DNA of 64,000 nt from an uncultured Clostridia bacterium (GCA_947365965.1 CANAZG010000004.1:2919-66918); one strand, 5' to 3'. Positions 36,921 through 45,783 are shown, numbered from the stretch's first letter. The notes: generated by a model not told the origin, from the sequence alone. Numbers and translations are program-made.

Positions 36921-36949
36921 ACTTTATCATTTTTTTCTATAGATGTCAA
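36921..36949 (-). promoter_or_regulatory. Candidate promoter of the glyQS T-box leader
   Basis: On the minus strand: TTGACA, 17-nt spacer, TAAAGT. Confidence 0.6.
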
Positions 36950-37054
36950 GGGAAAGATTTGTTTTTCACGGAAATCCGGGGTTTTAGAAGAGAGCCTCCC
37001 CGTGAATTTCTGTTGGCACTTGACAAACGGGACCAATCCGGCTATACTAAAAAA

Positions 37055-37143
37055 AGAAAGGGCGCTGCCGGCAGACGGTTAGCCCCTCACTTTGGTAAAA
37101 GAAGTAACCGCGTGCTTGGAGGCGTGGCGGTTACTTCTTTTTG
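37055..37143 (+). ncRNA. Candidate antitoxin sRNA 1 (~90 nt)
   Basis: Promoter TTGACA (37020)-17-TATACT (37043). 14-bp terminator stem AAAGAAGTAACCGC/GCGGTTACTTCTTT plus a T-run (37098-37142). The 3' end is antisense to the last codons and the stop of the toxin ORF. Contains CCCCUC. Confidence 0.55.
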
Positions 37144-37223
37144 CAGTTATATACCTGTAAAAACAGGCCGCAAAGGCCAATGATAACCAGACAGAACTGG
37201 AACAGCTCTGAATATGTCAACAT
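37131..37223 (-). CDS. Candidate type I toxin, holin-like-toxin (Hol-Tox)-type 30-aa peptide, copy 1
   Basis: GGGAGGGGG SD, 4 nt, ATG. Peptide MLTYSELFQFCLVIIGLCGLFLQVYNCKKK (one TM helix plus a KKK tail). Below the ORF-track size cutoff. Promoter TTGCAG-17-TGgTATTCT at 37328-37356. Confidence 0.6.
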   Translation of the reverse strand: MLTYSELFQFCLVIIGLCGLFLQVYNCKKK

Positions 37224-37327
37224 GGCACCCCCTCCCTTCTTCGGAGGGGGCAGAAGTCCCCTCCGGGCTGGAGAGACTGTCCGCCTGCCAACTGGCAGCG
37301 CTGAAAGATATTTCTTTCCTGTCTCTC

Positions 37328-37356
37328 AGAATACCACACATTTCCACAAACTGCAA
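37328..37356 (-). promoter_or_regulatory. Candidate promoter of toxin mRNA 1
   Basis: On the minus strand: TTGCAG (37351-37356), 17-nt spacer, extended -10 TGgTATTCT (37328-37333). It leaves a ~98-nt structured 5' UTR containing an anti-SD CCCCCTCC. Confidence 0.55.
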
Positions 37357-37424
37357 TCTGTTTTGTCAGGAAATTTGCTCTGCATTCCCTTGACAAATGG
37401 GACCAATCCGGCTATACTAAAAAA

Positions 37425-37511
37425 GAAGGGCGTTGCCGGCAGACGGTTAGCCCCTCGCTGTGCGATAAGAAGTAACTGTTCGCTTGGAGGCTCGGCGGTT
37501 ACTTCTTTTTG
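37425..37511 (+). ncRNA. Candidate antitoxin sRNA 2 (~87 nt)
   Basis: Promoter TTGACA (37390)-17-TATACT (37413). 12-bp terminator stem (37467-37507) plus a T-run. The 3' end overlaps toxin ORF 2. Confidence 0.55.
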
Positions 37512-37591
37512 CAGTTATATACCTGTAGGAACAGGCCGCAAAGGCCAATGATAACAAGACAGTACTGAAACAGATCTGAATATGTCAACAT
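37499..37591 (-). CDS. Candidate type I toxin, Hol-Tox-type 30-aa peptide, copy 2
   Basis: Peptide MLTYSDLFQYCLVIIGLCGLFLQVYNCKKK. It differs from copy 1 by two conservative changes (E6D, F10Y) plus synonymous changes. Same SD. Promoter TTGCAA-17-TATGCT at 37696-37724. Confidence 0.6.
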   Translation of the reverse strand: MLTYSDLFQYCLVIIGLCGLFLQVYNCKKK

Positions 37592-37745
37592 GGCACCCCC
37601 TCCCTTCTTCGGAGAGGGCAGAAGTCCCCTCCGGGATGGAGAGGCTCTCCGCCTGCCAACTGGCAGCGCTGAAAGATATTTCTTTCCTGTCTCTCAGCAT
37701 ACCACACGTTTCCACAAATTGCAATCCATTATCTGCCCAATTCGC

Positions 37746-37777
37746 CAGAAAACCCCGCCATACGGCGGGGTTTTCTG
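37746..37777 (-). terminator. Terminator hairpin after the 72-aa minus-strand gene
   Basis: CAGAAAACCCCGCC / GGCGGGGTTTTCTG 14-bp stem with a 4-nt loop. U-rich on both strands. Confidence 0.7.
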
Positions 37778-37910
37778 GTGTGTGTTGTGTGTGTTTTAGG
37801 AGGGAGAAATTGCATCGGGCGTTACCCCTTTGCTGATGCTATATTACTGCATCTTTAAGAAGAAATCATGTACTTGCTGTAAACAAACTATGAACGTTTA
37901 CAGTCCTTTA

Positions 37911-38129
37911 TCAGGTTTCAGCGTCTTTCTCCGCTGCTTCCTCCGCATCCTCCCGCTCCATTTCACGAATCATGAAATCCTCTGCCTCGTCCATTGCCGT
38001 CTGTAAGAGCTCCCGGGCCTTCCCCACCTCCAGCAGATTTTCACTGTCCAGGATCGTCAATGCCCTGTCTATCTGGCACATGAGATACGCATAGCCGCGT
38101 TTGTACTTGCTGTTTTTATTGATCGCCAT
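37911..38129 (-). CDS. Small hypothetical acidic protein (72 aa)
   Basis: AAAGGAG SD. Lower-GC island. Divergent from the RHH gene across a 25-bp perfect inverted repeat. Confidence 0.55.
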   Translation of the reverse strand: MAINKNSKYKRGYAYLMCQIDRALTILDSENLLEVGKARELLQTAMDEAEDFMIREMEREDAEEAAEKDAET

Positions 38130-38143
38130 ATTTTTTCTCCTTT

Positions 38144-38210
38144 CTTTTGACTCAATTATAGCGTCAAATTTCCCCTTTTTGTGTTTTTGACGCTATAATT
38201 GAGTCAAAAG
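38144..38210. promoter_or_regulatory. Perfect 25-bp inverted repeat (operator-like) between divergent small genes
   Basis: CTTTTGACTCAATTATAGCGTCAAA (38144-38168), 17-nt spacer, TTTGACGCTATAATTGAGTCAAAAG (38186-38210). Each arm carries an outward-facing TATAAT. Confidence 0.7.
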
Positions 38211-38231
38211 AACGTCGAAGGAGCTCAGGGT

Positions 38232-38417
38232 ATGGATATTGACAAGGCCAGATTCACATTGCGAATCCCCAAAGAGATGCTGGAGAAATTCAGTTATATT
38301 GCCGGATATAATGGCCGTACCAAAAATAAAGAGCTGGAGCGGATGATAATCTCCCGTATCAAGGGCTTTGAAAACAAGCACGGAGAGATCACCATCCCAC
38401 CTGAGCATCAGGAGTAA
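38232..38417 (+). CDS. Arc/MetJ-type ribbon-helix-helix DNA-binding protein (61 aa)
   Basis: Start moved to ATG 38232 (GAAGGAG SD). FTLRIPKEMLEKFSYIAGYNGRTKNKELERMI fits a beta-strand plus two helices as in RHH proteins. Confidence 0.55.
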   Translation: MDIDKARFTLRIPKEMLEKFSYIAGYNGRTKNKELERMIISRIKGFENKHGEITIPPEHQE

Positions 38418-38446
38418 CCAACAGGCAATGCGGCAGATGACGGTAA

Positions 38447-38487
38447 ACGAACTGTAGGGGCGAGCGCTGCTCGCCCCTACAGTTCGT
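38447..38487. repeat. GC-rich hairpin (GTAGGGGCGAGC..GCTCGCCCCTAC family) acting as a bidirectional terminator
   Basis: 19-bp perfect stem ACGAACTGTAGGGGCGAGC / GCTCGCCCCTACAGTTCGT with loop GCT. The right arm overlaps the PPTase stop codon. Confidence 0.8.
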
Positions 38488-38962
38488 CCGCCCGAACGGT
38501 CCTGATCCTGATCTCCCTGGAGGGGCAGACCGTGACCACATACCCGGGCAGAAACCCCTCCAAGCGCCGGCACAGGGGGTCCGGCTCCGGGCCGCCCCCC
38601 ACCAGGGACCCGATCCCCAGGCCCTGCCGCTTGACCGTGGCCTCCCGGGCCGTCCACAGCCAGAAGAAGGCCTCGTCCTCCAGGTCCCCCGCCAGACGCC
38701 GGGGGGCCCGGCGCAGCAGCTCCACGTCCACCCCCACCGGCTGCCGGTCCAGGGCGCACACCGCGCCCCCCCGGCTGTGGCTGATGTTGAACCAGAGGTC
38801 CGGACAGTCCGGGAAATAGGGCCTCCCCCCCGGCTCCCGGAGGATCTCCGGCGTCCGCTTCAGCCCCAGCTCCCGCTCCAGGGCCAGATCCAGCAGCGCC
38901 CAGGCCAGGGTCCGCTCCCCGCTGGGCGCGCCTATGGCGCCGTAGACCGTCAGCTCCGTCAT
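38477..38962 (-). CDS. 4'-phosphopantetheinyl transferase (short Sfp-type)
   Basis: ORF track gives 38477..39088. Start moved to ATG 38962 (GGGGAGGAG SD). Motifs FNISHSRG, GVDVE and WTAREATVK. Confidence 0.75.
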   Translation of the reverse strand: MTELTVYGAIGAPSGERTLAWALLDLALERELGLKRTPEILREPGGRPYFPDCPDLWFNISHSRGGAVCALDRQPVGVDVELLRRAPRRLAGDLEDEAFFWLWTAREATVKRQGLGIGSLVGGGPEPDPLCRRLEGFLPGYVVTVCPSREIRIRTVRADEL

Positions 38963-39248
38963 GGCTCCTCCCCCCAGATCTGTCTCCATTTTGGGCATAA
39001 AAATACCCCGCAGAAGCCGTGTGAGTCCTGTTATAACCTGCACATGACTGGCAGGTGGGTCGCCTGCATCGTCCTTCACTGCTTCCAACTTCCAACCGCA
39101 GGTGGCAGCCGGGAGGCCTGCAAACCAGACGATGAACCAGCATCCCGAATAACAAAATGTGGGTTAAAAAAGACTCATCACGCACCCCGCAGGGTACTCT
39201 TTATTGTATGCCGCCGCCGGCTCCGCCGTGCGGACGCCGGAGAGGATT

Positions 39249-39542
39249 TTACTCCTCCTCGTCCTCAAAGAGCTCCGCCATAAACAGCTCGTAGACCTCC
39301 GTCAGCTCCTCCTCGCTGTCCAGGGTGGAGAGCAGCTCCTCTCCGCCCTCCTGGATGGACTTGAGGATCACCAGTCCGTAGTCGTCGCTCTCCTGGTCCA
39401 CGTCCTCCAGCACCGCAGGGAAAAAGGCCATGTAGGTGATCCCCTTGTGCTCCAGCACGTCCACCAGCTCCAGCTCTATGTCGTTGCCTTCCTCGTCCGT
39501 CACAGTGATGAACTCCGGGCCGTATTCCTCACTCACAGCCAA
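39249..39542 (-). CDS. DUF1292 family acidic protein
   Basis: 97 aa. ITVTDEEGNDIELELVDVLEHKGITYMAF is typical of DUF1292. Confidence 0.75.
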   Translation of the reverse strand: MAVSEEYGPEFITVTDEEGNDIELELVDVLEHKGITYMAFFPAVLEDVDQESDDYGLVILKSIQEGGEELLSTLDSEEELTEVYELFMAELFEDEEE

Positions 39543-39883
39543 TCCCTCCCCTGCCGCCTCCGCACTGAGAGACGTTTTTTTCAGTAGCTATAGTGTAACC
39601 GTTTTTCTCGGAAATTGCAAGAGGGTTTCCATATGATATTTAGACAATTTCTGCACGCGGTTTTTGTATTTAATGAATAATTTTGGCGTTCTATTCAGAA
39701 TAATGAAGAATTTCGCGGATTTTTCCATCTTTTCAAGGTTGACAAGCCGTGATATACTATAAAATGGCATGGTGGATATACTTTCCGGTGAGAGTATCCT
39801 CCGCCTGCCTCGGGGCGGCCTGCGCCGCCGGGCCCGGACAACGGAAGCGGGCCCCATCACTTGAAAAGGAGGTACGTCCATCC

Positions 39884-42592
39884 ATGGATCGTGCTTATAG
39901 CGGCGCGCCTGAGAGCCCCGCCCCCCAGAGCGGCGGAACGGGCCCGCACCGCAAAAAGAAAAAGAAGAGGTTCTCCATCGGACGCCTGATCGGCAGGATC
40001 TTTCTGGTCCTGTTCACACTTTGCGTCATCGGCGTGCTGACGGCTGCCATCTTCGCCAAGATCTTCATGACCTACATCGACACCACCCTCATCCCCTCCC
40101 TGGGGGAGATCTCCTACGAGGAGATGACCATGTCCCTGGCCTCCACCATCTACGCTACAGACAAAAACGGCAACCAGGTGGTCCTCCAGACCCTCTTTGA
40201 CAACACGGAGGACTCCGGCGGCGGCAACCGGGAGCTCATCGAGTACAAGGACCTCCCGGACCACCTCATCAAGGCCCTGGTGGCCATTGAGGACCACCGC
40301 TTTTGGGAGCACAAGGGCGTGGACTGGTGGGGCACCGCCGGCGCCATCAAGTCCACCCTCACCGGCGGCAGCACCCGGGGCGGCTCCACCATCACCCAGC
40401 AGCTGCTGCGCAATATTACCGATGACACGGAGGTGACCGTCAAACGGAAGTTCCGGGAGATCTTCCGGGCCCTGGAGTTTGAGAAGACCACCAGCAAGCA
40501 GGACATCATCACCATGTATCTCAACCGGGTCTTTTTCGGCAGCGGCTACTACGGCATCCAGACCGCCGCCAAGGGCTACTTCGGCAAGGACGTATCCGAG
40601 CTGGATCTGGCGGAGAGCGCCGCCATCATCGGCATCACCAACAACCCCTCCCTCTATGATCCCTTCCGCAAGGCCGAGTTCAAGCAGGATGACGGCACCG
40701 TCAAGACCCCCCGGGACTTCAACAAGCAGCGCCAGGAAACCATTCTGGACCGGATGCTGGAGCTGGAGATCATCGACGAGGCCACCTGCAAGGCCGCCAA
40801 GGCGGAGAAGCTCCTCTTTACGGACACGGACGAGTACAAGGCCATCCACGGTCTGGAGCCGGAGGTGGAGGAGGAGGATCCGGACGAGGAGGCCGCGGAC
40901 GGCAAATTCAACTCCTGGTTTGTGGACCAGGTCATTGAGGAGGCCATTGACCTCATCGCAGAGGCCCGGGGCGTCAGCCGCAAGGAGGCCACCACCCTCC
41001 TCTACCGGGCCGGCTATCACATCTACACCACTGTGGATCTGGACATGCAGGAGATTGTGGACAGCGTGTACCTGGACGCGTCCAACTTTGACTACCCCTC
41101 CAAGAAGGGCACCCCCCTGGCCTCCGCCATCACCGTGGTGGACCCCTACACCGGGGACGTGAAGGCCGTGGCCGGCGGCGTGGGGCCCAAGACCGCCAAC
41201 CGGGAGCTGAGCCTGGCCACCTCCCGCCGGGCCTGCGGCAGCGCCATCAAGCCTGTGAGCGTCTACGCCCCGGCCATTGATTATGAAGTGGTGGGCCCGG
41301 GCTCGGTGATCGACGACTACCCGGTCCGCGTCAACGACAGCGGCACCGGCGGCTACCCCCGCAACTCCAACGGACGCTACCAGGGCCCCAAAACCGTGTC
41401 CTACAGCGTACAGTGGTCCCTCAACACTGTCTCCTCCCGCACCCTGGATAAGCTGGGCTACAGCCGCTCCTTTGACTTCATGGAGCAGAACCTGGGCTTT
41501 GACCTGGACCCCCGGGACATCGCCATGGGCCCCCTGGCCATGGGCGGCCTGACCTACGGCGTGACCACGGAGGAGATGGCCGCCGCCTTCGGCGCCTTTG
41601 CCAACGAGGGCATCTACAACCGGCCCCGCACTGTCACCCGCATTGAGAACAACGACCACACGGAGGTGGTGGTGGACAACTCTGTCCAGTCCCGGCCCGC
41701 CATGAAGGAGAGCACGGCCTACCTCATGAACAAGATGCTCAAGAGCGTGGTCAGCAGCGGCACCGGCACCTCCGCCCGCTTTGACGGCATGACCATCGCC
41801 GGCAAGACCGGCACCACCTCCGACAACTTTGACCGCTACTTTGTGGGCTACACCCCCTACTACTCCGCCGCCGTCTGGGTGGGCTACCGGGACGGCAACG
41901 AGAAGATCAACGCCAAGGGGAACCCGGCGGCCCTGGTCTGGAAGCTGGTGATGGAGCAGATCCACCAGGGTCTGGAGAACAAGGACTTCCCGGAGAACCC
42001 CGGCGGCATCACCACCACCCAGCTCTGCGCCGACTGCGGGCTGAAGGCCGGGGCCCTGTGCTCCTCCGACTACCGGGGCAGCCGGGTCATCAACGCGGAG
42101 ATGACCCCCGGCGCCGTGCCCGCGGAGACCTGCTCCTGCCACGTGGAGGTCCAGATCTGCACCATCCCGGAGACCGAGGAGGTCCATCTGGCCGGCGCCT
42201 ACTGCCCCGAGAGCACCGTCACCACCCGGGTGATGCTCTCCGGCCGGGAGCACCTGATGCTGGGTGAGACCAATCCTATCCTGGCTGAGGACAGCTCCGC
42301 CCACCAGACCTATCTGGCCATGCTGGGCAGCTGCCCGGTCCATGACGAGAACTATGTCCCTGAGCCCGAGGCTCCGGAGGAGGAGCCCCTGCCCGGAGAC
42401 CCCGACTACCAGTGGCCCGTGTCCCCCTGGACGCCGGAGCCCACCCCGGACCCGGGGGATATCACGCCCCCCAATACCGGCGGCACGGTGGACCCGCCGC
42501 CGCCCCAGGAGCCGGACCCGGATACGGTTCCTGACCCCGGGGCAAACGGTCCTTCGGAGCCCCAGCCCCCCGGCGACACCCCGCCCTTTTGA
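39884..42592 (+). CDS. Class A penicillin-binding protein (PBP1A; glycosyltransferase + transpeptidase)
   Basis: Start moved to ATG 39884 (AAAGGAGG SD). TM anchor, GT51 motifs EDHRFWEHKGVD and RKFREIFRALE, SxxK (GSAIKP), KTGTT and a Pro-rich tail. Confidence 0.9.
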   Translation: MDRAYSGAPESPAPQSGGTGPHRKKKKKRFSIGRLIGRIFLVLFTLCVIGVLTAAIFAKIFMTYIDTTLIPSLGEISYEEMTMSLASTIYATDKNGNQVVLQTLFDNTEDSGGGNRELIEYKDLPDHLIKALVAIEDHRFWEHKGVDWWGTAGAIKSTLTGGSTRGGSTITQQLLRNITDDTEVTVKRKFREIFRALEFEKTTSKQDIITMYLNRVFFGSGYYGIQTAAKGYFGKDVSELDLAESAAIIGITNNPSLYDPFRKAEFKQDDGTVKTPRDFNKQRQETILDRMLELEIIDEATCKAAKAEKLLFTDTDEYKAIHGLEPEVEEEDPDEEAADGKFNSWFVDQVIEEAIDLIAEARGVSRKEATTLLYRAGYHIYTTVDLDMQEIVDSVYLDASNFDYPSKKGTPLASAITVVDPYTGDVKAVAGGVGPKTANRELSLATSRRACGSAIKPVSVYAPAIDYEVVGPGSVIDDYPVRVNDSGTGGYPRNSNGRYQGPKTVSYSVQWSLNTVSSRTLDKLGYSRSFDFMEQNLGFDLDPRDIAMGPLAMGGLTYGVTTEEMAAAFGAFANEGIYNRPRTVTRIENNDHTEVVVDNSVQSRPAMKESTAYLMNKMLKSVVSSGTGTSARFDGMTIAGKTGTTSDNFDRYFVGYTPYYSAAVWVGYRDGNEKINAKGNPAALVWKLVMEQIHQGLENKDFPENPGGITTTQLCADCGLKAGALCSSDYRGSRVINAEMTPGAVPAETCSCHVEVQICTIPETEEVHLAGAYCPESTVTTRVMLSGREHLMLGETNPILAEDSSAHQTYLAMLGSCPVHDENYVPEPEAPEEEPLPGDPDYQWPVSPWTPEPTPDPGDITPPNTGGTVDPPPPQEPDPDTVPDPGANGPSEPQPPGDTPPF

Positions 42593-42597
42593 TTCCA

Positions 42598-42634
42598 CCG
42601 CCGCCCCCGGATCTCCGGAGGCGGCGGCTTTTTT
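42598..42634 (+). terminator. Rho-independent terminator after PBP1A
   Basis: CCGCCGCC..GGCGGCGG stem followed by CTTTTTT. Confidence 0.8.
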
Positions 42635-42676
42635 CCACAGACTGGGCGATTTTTGTGGAAAACCGCCCTCTTCCCC

Positions 42677-42705
42677 TTGAATATCCGGGGAAATTTTGGT
42701 ACAAT
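42677..42705 (+). promoter_or_regulatory. Candidate promoter of the phosphoglucomutase gene
   Basis: TTGAAT, 17-nt spacer, extended -10 TGgTACAAT. Confidence 0.6.
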
Positions 42706-42863
42706 GTATCCGATTTGATCCACGATGAGACACACAGCGGCCTCAACGTGTGGAAATCCTGGAATACTGGCGTGCCCAGCGTTCTTTTGGTTCCCCTCCC
42801 CGGAGAGGAGGAGGGACCGCCAAACGGCCTTTTATGGCCAGGATCGAGAAGGAGGAATAGGAT

Positions 42864-44591
42864 ATGGACTATCAGAAGGAGTACCGGAAGTGGCTGGACA
42901 GCGGCGTGCTGACGGCGGCGGAGCAGGCGGAGCTGGAGGCCATTGCCGGCGACGACAGGGAGATCGAGAGCCGCTTCTACGGCCCCCTGGAGTTCGGCAC
43001 CGCCGGTCTGCGGGGCACCATGGCCATGGGGCTCCACCACATGAACATCTACGTGGTCCGCCACGCCACCCAGGCCTTTGCCAACGTCATCTGCGCCGAG
43101 GGGGAGCAGGCCAAGGAGAAGGGCGTGGCCGTGTGCATGGACTGCCGCAACCACGGTATGGAGTTCGCCCGGGCCGCCGCCGAGGTGTGCGCCGGCAACG
43201 GCATCAAGGTGCGCATCTTCGAGTCCCTGCGCCCCACCCCCGAGCTCAGCTTCGCCGTGCGCCACTACGGCTGTCAGGCGGGCATCAACGTCACCGCCAG
43301 CCACAACCCCAAGGAGTACAACGGCTACAAGGTCTACTGGGAGGACGGGGCCCAGCTGCCCCCCCACCACGCCAGCGCCATTGCCCAGGAGATCGAAAAG
43401 ATCGACATCTTTACCGGCATCACCTCCATGCCCTACGACGAGGCGGTGAAGGCCGGCATGATTACCGTCATGGGTCAGGAGACCGACGAGGCCTTCCTCA
43501 AGGAGGTCATGGCCATGACCATTGACCCGGAGGCCATCCCCGCTGTGGCGGACGCCTTCAAGCTGGTCTACACCCCCTTCCACGGCTGCGGCCACCAGCT
43601 GGTGCCCGAGGCCCTGAAGCGGGCCGGGGTGAAGCACCTGCTGTGCGAGCCCCAGCAGATGGTCATCGACGGGGACTTCCCCACCGTCAAGAGCCCCAAC
43701 CCGGAGAATCCCGAGGGCTTCTATCTGGCCGTGGAGCTGGCCAGGAGCAATGATGTGGACTTCATCCTGGGCACGGACCCGGACAGCGACCGGGTGGGCA
43801 TTATGGTCCGGGACAAGGACGGGGAGTACAAGGTCATGACCGGCAACCAGACCGGCGTTGTGCTGCTGGACTACATGCTGGGGGCCATGGAGCGCACGGG
43901 CAAGCTGCCCAAGAACCCGGTGGCCCTGAAGACCATCGTTACCACCGAGATGGCCCGGACCGTGGCGGAGAGCTACGGCGCGGCCTGCTTCGACACCTTC
44001 ACCGGCTTCAAGTTCATTGCCGAGAAGAAGAACGCCCTGGAGGGATCCGGCGAGGGCAAGGTGGTGTTCTCCTACGAGGAGAGCTACGGCTACATGCTGG
44101 GGGACTATGTCCGTGACAAGGACGCGGTCACCGCCTCCCTCCTGCTCACCGAGATGGCCGCCTACTACGCCGCCAAGGGCATGACCGTGCTGGACGCCCT
44201 CCAGGCCCTCTACGAGAAGCACGGCTTCTACGGCGAGAAGACCCACAACCTGGTGATGCCCGGCCTGGACGGCCTGGCGGACATGGCCAAGCTCATGAAG
44301 CGCCTGCGGGAGGAGCCCCCGGCGGAGATCGGTGGGGTGAAGGTGGCCCAGCGCAAGGACTACGCCGACGGCAGCGTCATCGACTGCGCCACCGGCGAGA
44401 AGAGCGCCATGGAGCTGAGCGGTTCCAACGTGCTCCGCTTCGAGCTGGCCGACGGCACCTCCATCATCGTCCGCCCCTCCGGCACCGAGCCCAAGATCAA
44501 GGTCTACATCCTCACCAAGGGCGCCGACGCCGCGGAGCGGGACGCCAACGTGGCCAAGTACAGCCAGTGGGTGGAGACCCTGAAAAAGTAG
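42864..44591 (+). CDS. Phospho-sugar mutase (phosphoglucomutase/phosphomannomutase family)
   Basis: 575 aa. Phosphoserine loop TASHNPKEYNGYKVY. GAAGGAGG SD. Confidence 0.88.
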   Translation: MDYQKEYRKWLDSGVLTAAEQAELEAIAGDDREIESRFYGPLEFGTAGLRGTMAMGLHHMNIYVVRHATQAFANVICAEGEQAKEKGVAVCMDCRNHGMEFARAAAEVCAGNGIKVRIFESLRPTPELSFAVRHYGCQAGINVTASHNPKEYNGYKVYWEDGAQLPPHHASAIAQEIEKIDIFTGITSMPYDEAVKAGMITVMGQETDEAFLKEVMAMTIDPEAIPAVADAFKLVYTPFHGCGHQLVPEALKRAGVKHLLCEPQQMVIDGDFPTVKSPNPENPEGFYLAVELARSNDVDFILGTDPDSDRVGIMVRDKDGEYKVMTGNQTGVVLLDYMLGAMERTGKLPKNPVALKTIVTTEMARTVAESYGAACFDTFTGFKFIAEKKNALEGSGEGKVVFSYEESYGYMLGDYVRDKDAVTASLLLTEMAAYYAAKGMTVLDALQALYEKHGFYGEKTHNLVMPGLDGLADMAKLMKRLREEPPAEIGGVKVAQRKDYADGSVIDCATGEKSAMELSGSNVLRFELADGTSIIVRPSGTEPKIKVYILTKGADAAERDANVAKYSQWVETLKK

Positions 44592-44615
44592 CTTCCGCCT
44601 CCCGCTGAGACAGGC

Positions 44616-45746
44616 ATGAAAGAGACTTACACCTACAAATACACCCTATCCGAGAAGGAGCTGGCCGCCCTCCGCTCCCGCCGGGCCGCCGCCAGGGAGC
44701 GGCGGGAGCGGGAGCGGAGACGGCGGATTCTGCTGTGGACGCTGGCCCTTCTGGCCGCAGCGGTCCTGCTCATAGCTGCGGCCGTCTGGCTGCTGGTCCG
44801 GGGCGGCGGGGCGAATGAGCCCGTCCCCATCCCCCCTGCCGGGGAGATCGAGGACCTGACGGAGCCGGCAGAGCCGCCGGACGCACCGGATACGCCGGCC
44901 TCCGCGCCGGCCGCGGTCCCGGCGGTCTCCCCGCCCCATGAGGCGGTCCGGAGTCCGGACACGGTCCGCCTCACATCGGAGGTGAACAGCCAGTACGCCG
45001 TGCTCATCGACCTGGAAACCGGGGAGATCCTGGCCCAGAAGAAGCCCGGAGCCCTGGTGAGCCCCGCGTCCATGACCAAGATCCTCACCATCCTCACGGC
45101 GGCGGAGCACATCGGCGGCCTCAACGGCACCTATGTCATCACCCAGGAGATGGTGGACTACTGCCGCAATAACGGCTGTTCCACAGCCGGGTTCCTGCCC
45201 GGGGAGGAGGTCTCCCTCACGGATCTCTTTTACGGCACCATCCTCCCCTCCGGGGCGGACGCGGCCCTGGCCCTGGCCTGCTACGTGGCCGGGAGCCAGG
45301 AGGCCTTTGTGGAGCTGATGAACCAGAAGGCCCGGGACTTGGGCCTCTCCAGCTCCGCCCGGTTCGCCAACTGCATCGGGCTCTACGACCCGGACAACGT
45401 CTGCACGGTGTACGACATGGCCATGATCCTCTGGGCCGCCATGGAGAACGACATCTGCCGCACCTTCCTCACTGAGCGCAACCGAGTCCTGCCGGCCAAC
45501 GAGGTCCGGGAGGCGGAGCTGGACCTCTCCAACTGGTTCATCCGCCGCATTGAGGACCACATGCCCGAGGGATTGGCGGTGCTGGGCGCCAAAACGGGGT
45601 ACGTCTCCATGGCCGGCAGCTGCGCGGCCAGCTTCGCCCAGAGCCGGGACGGACGGGAGTACATCTGCGTCACCGCCAAGGCGTCCGGCGGCTGGCAGTG
45701 CATCTTCGACCAGGCGGCCATCTACGCCGCCTGGGCCGGGAAGTAG
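44616..45746 (+). CDS. D-alanyl-D-alanine carboxypeptidase (S11 serine peptidase)
   Basis: 376 aa. Arg-rich N-terminus plus a TM helix, SxxK (SMTKIL), and a low-complexity Pro/Ala linker. Confidence 0.8.
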   Translation: MKETYTYKYTLSEKELAALRSRRAAARERRERERRRRILLWTLALLAAAVLLIAAAVWLLVRGGGANEPVPIPPAGEIEDLTEPAEPPDAPDTPASAPAAVPAVSPPHEAVRSPDTVRLTSEVNSQYAVLIDLETGEILAQKKPGALVSPASMTKILTILTAAEHIGGLNGTYVITQEMVDYCRNNGCSTAGFLPGEEVSLTDLFYGTILPSGADAALALACYVAGSQEAFVELMNQKARDLGLSSSARFANCIGLYDPDNVCTVYDMAMILWAAMENDICRTFLTERNRVLPANEVREAELDLSNWFIRRIEDHMPEGLAVLGAKTGYVSMAGSCAASFAQSRDGREYICVTAKASGGWQCIFDQAAIYAAWAGK

Positions 45747-45783
45747 CGGGCAAAAAAAAGTGGAAAAAAGTTTGTGAAAGAAC

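Larger units (their letters stand above)
37020..37358. repeat. Tandem repeat unit 1 (type I TA-like module)
   Basis: About 339 bp and roughly 90% identical by eye to unit 2, offset 370 bp. Contains an sRNA promoter, a terminator, a 30-aa ORF and its promoter. Confidence 0.9.
37390..37726. repeat. Tandem repeat unit 2 (type I TA-like module)
   Basis: Second copy of the unit, with all promoter hexamers, the hairpin and the ORF conserved. Confidence 0.9.

Noticed and set aside
39588-39881. A 97-aa minus-strand ORF in the AT-rich region upstream of PBP1A.
   Set aside because: It lies in the promoter/leader region of PBP1A (TTGACA at 39739). It has no SD, and its N-terminus is Arg-rich from GC-rich antisense sequence. 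Judged spurious.
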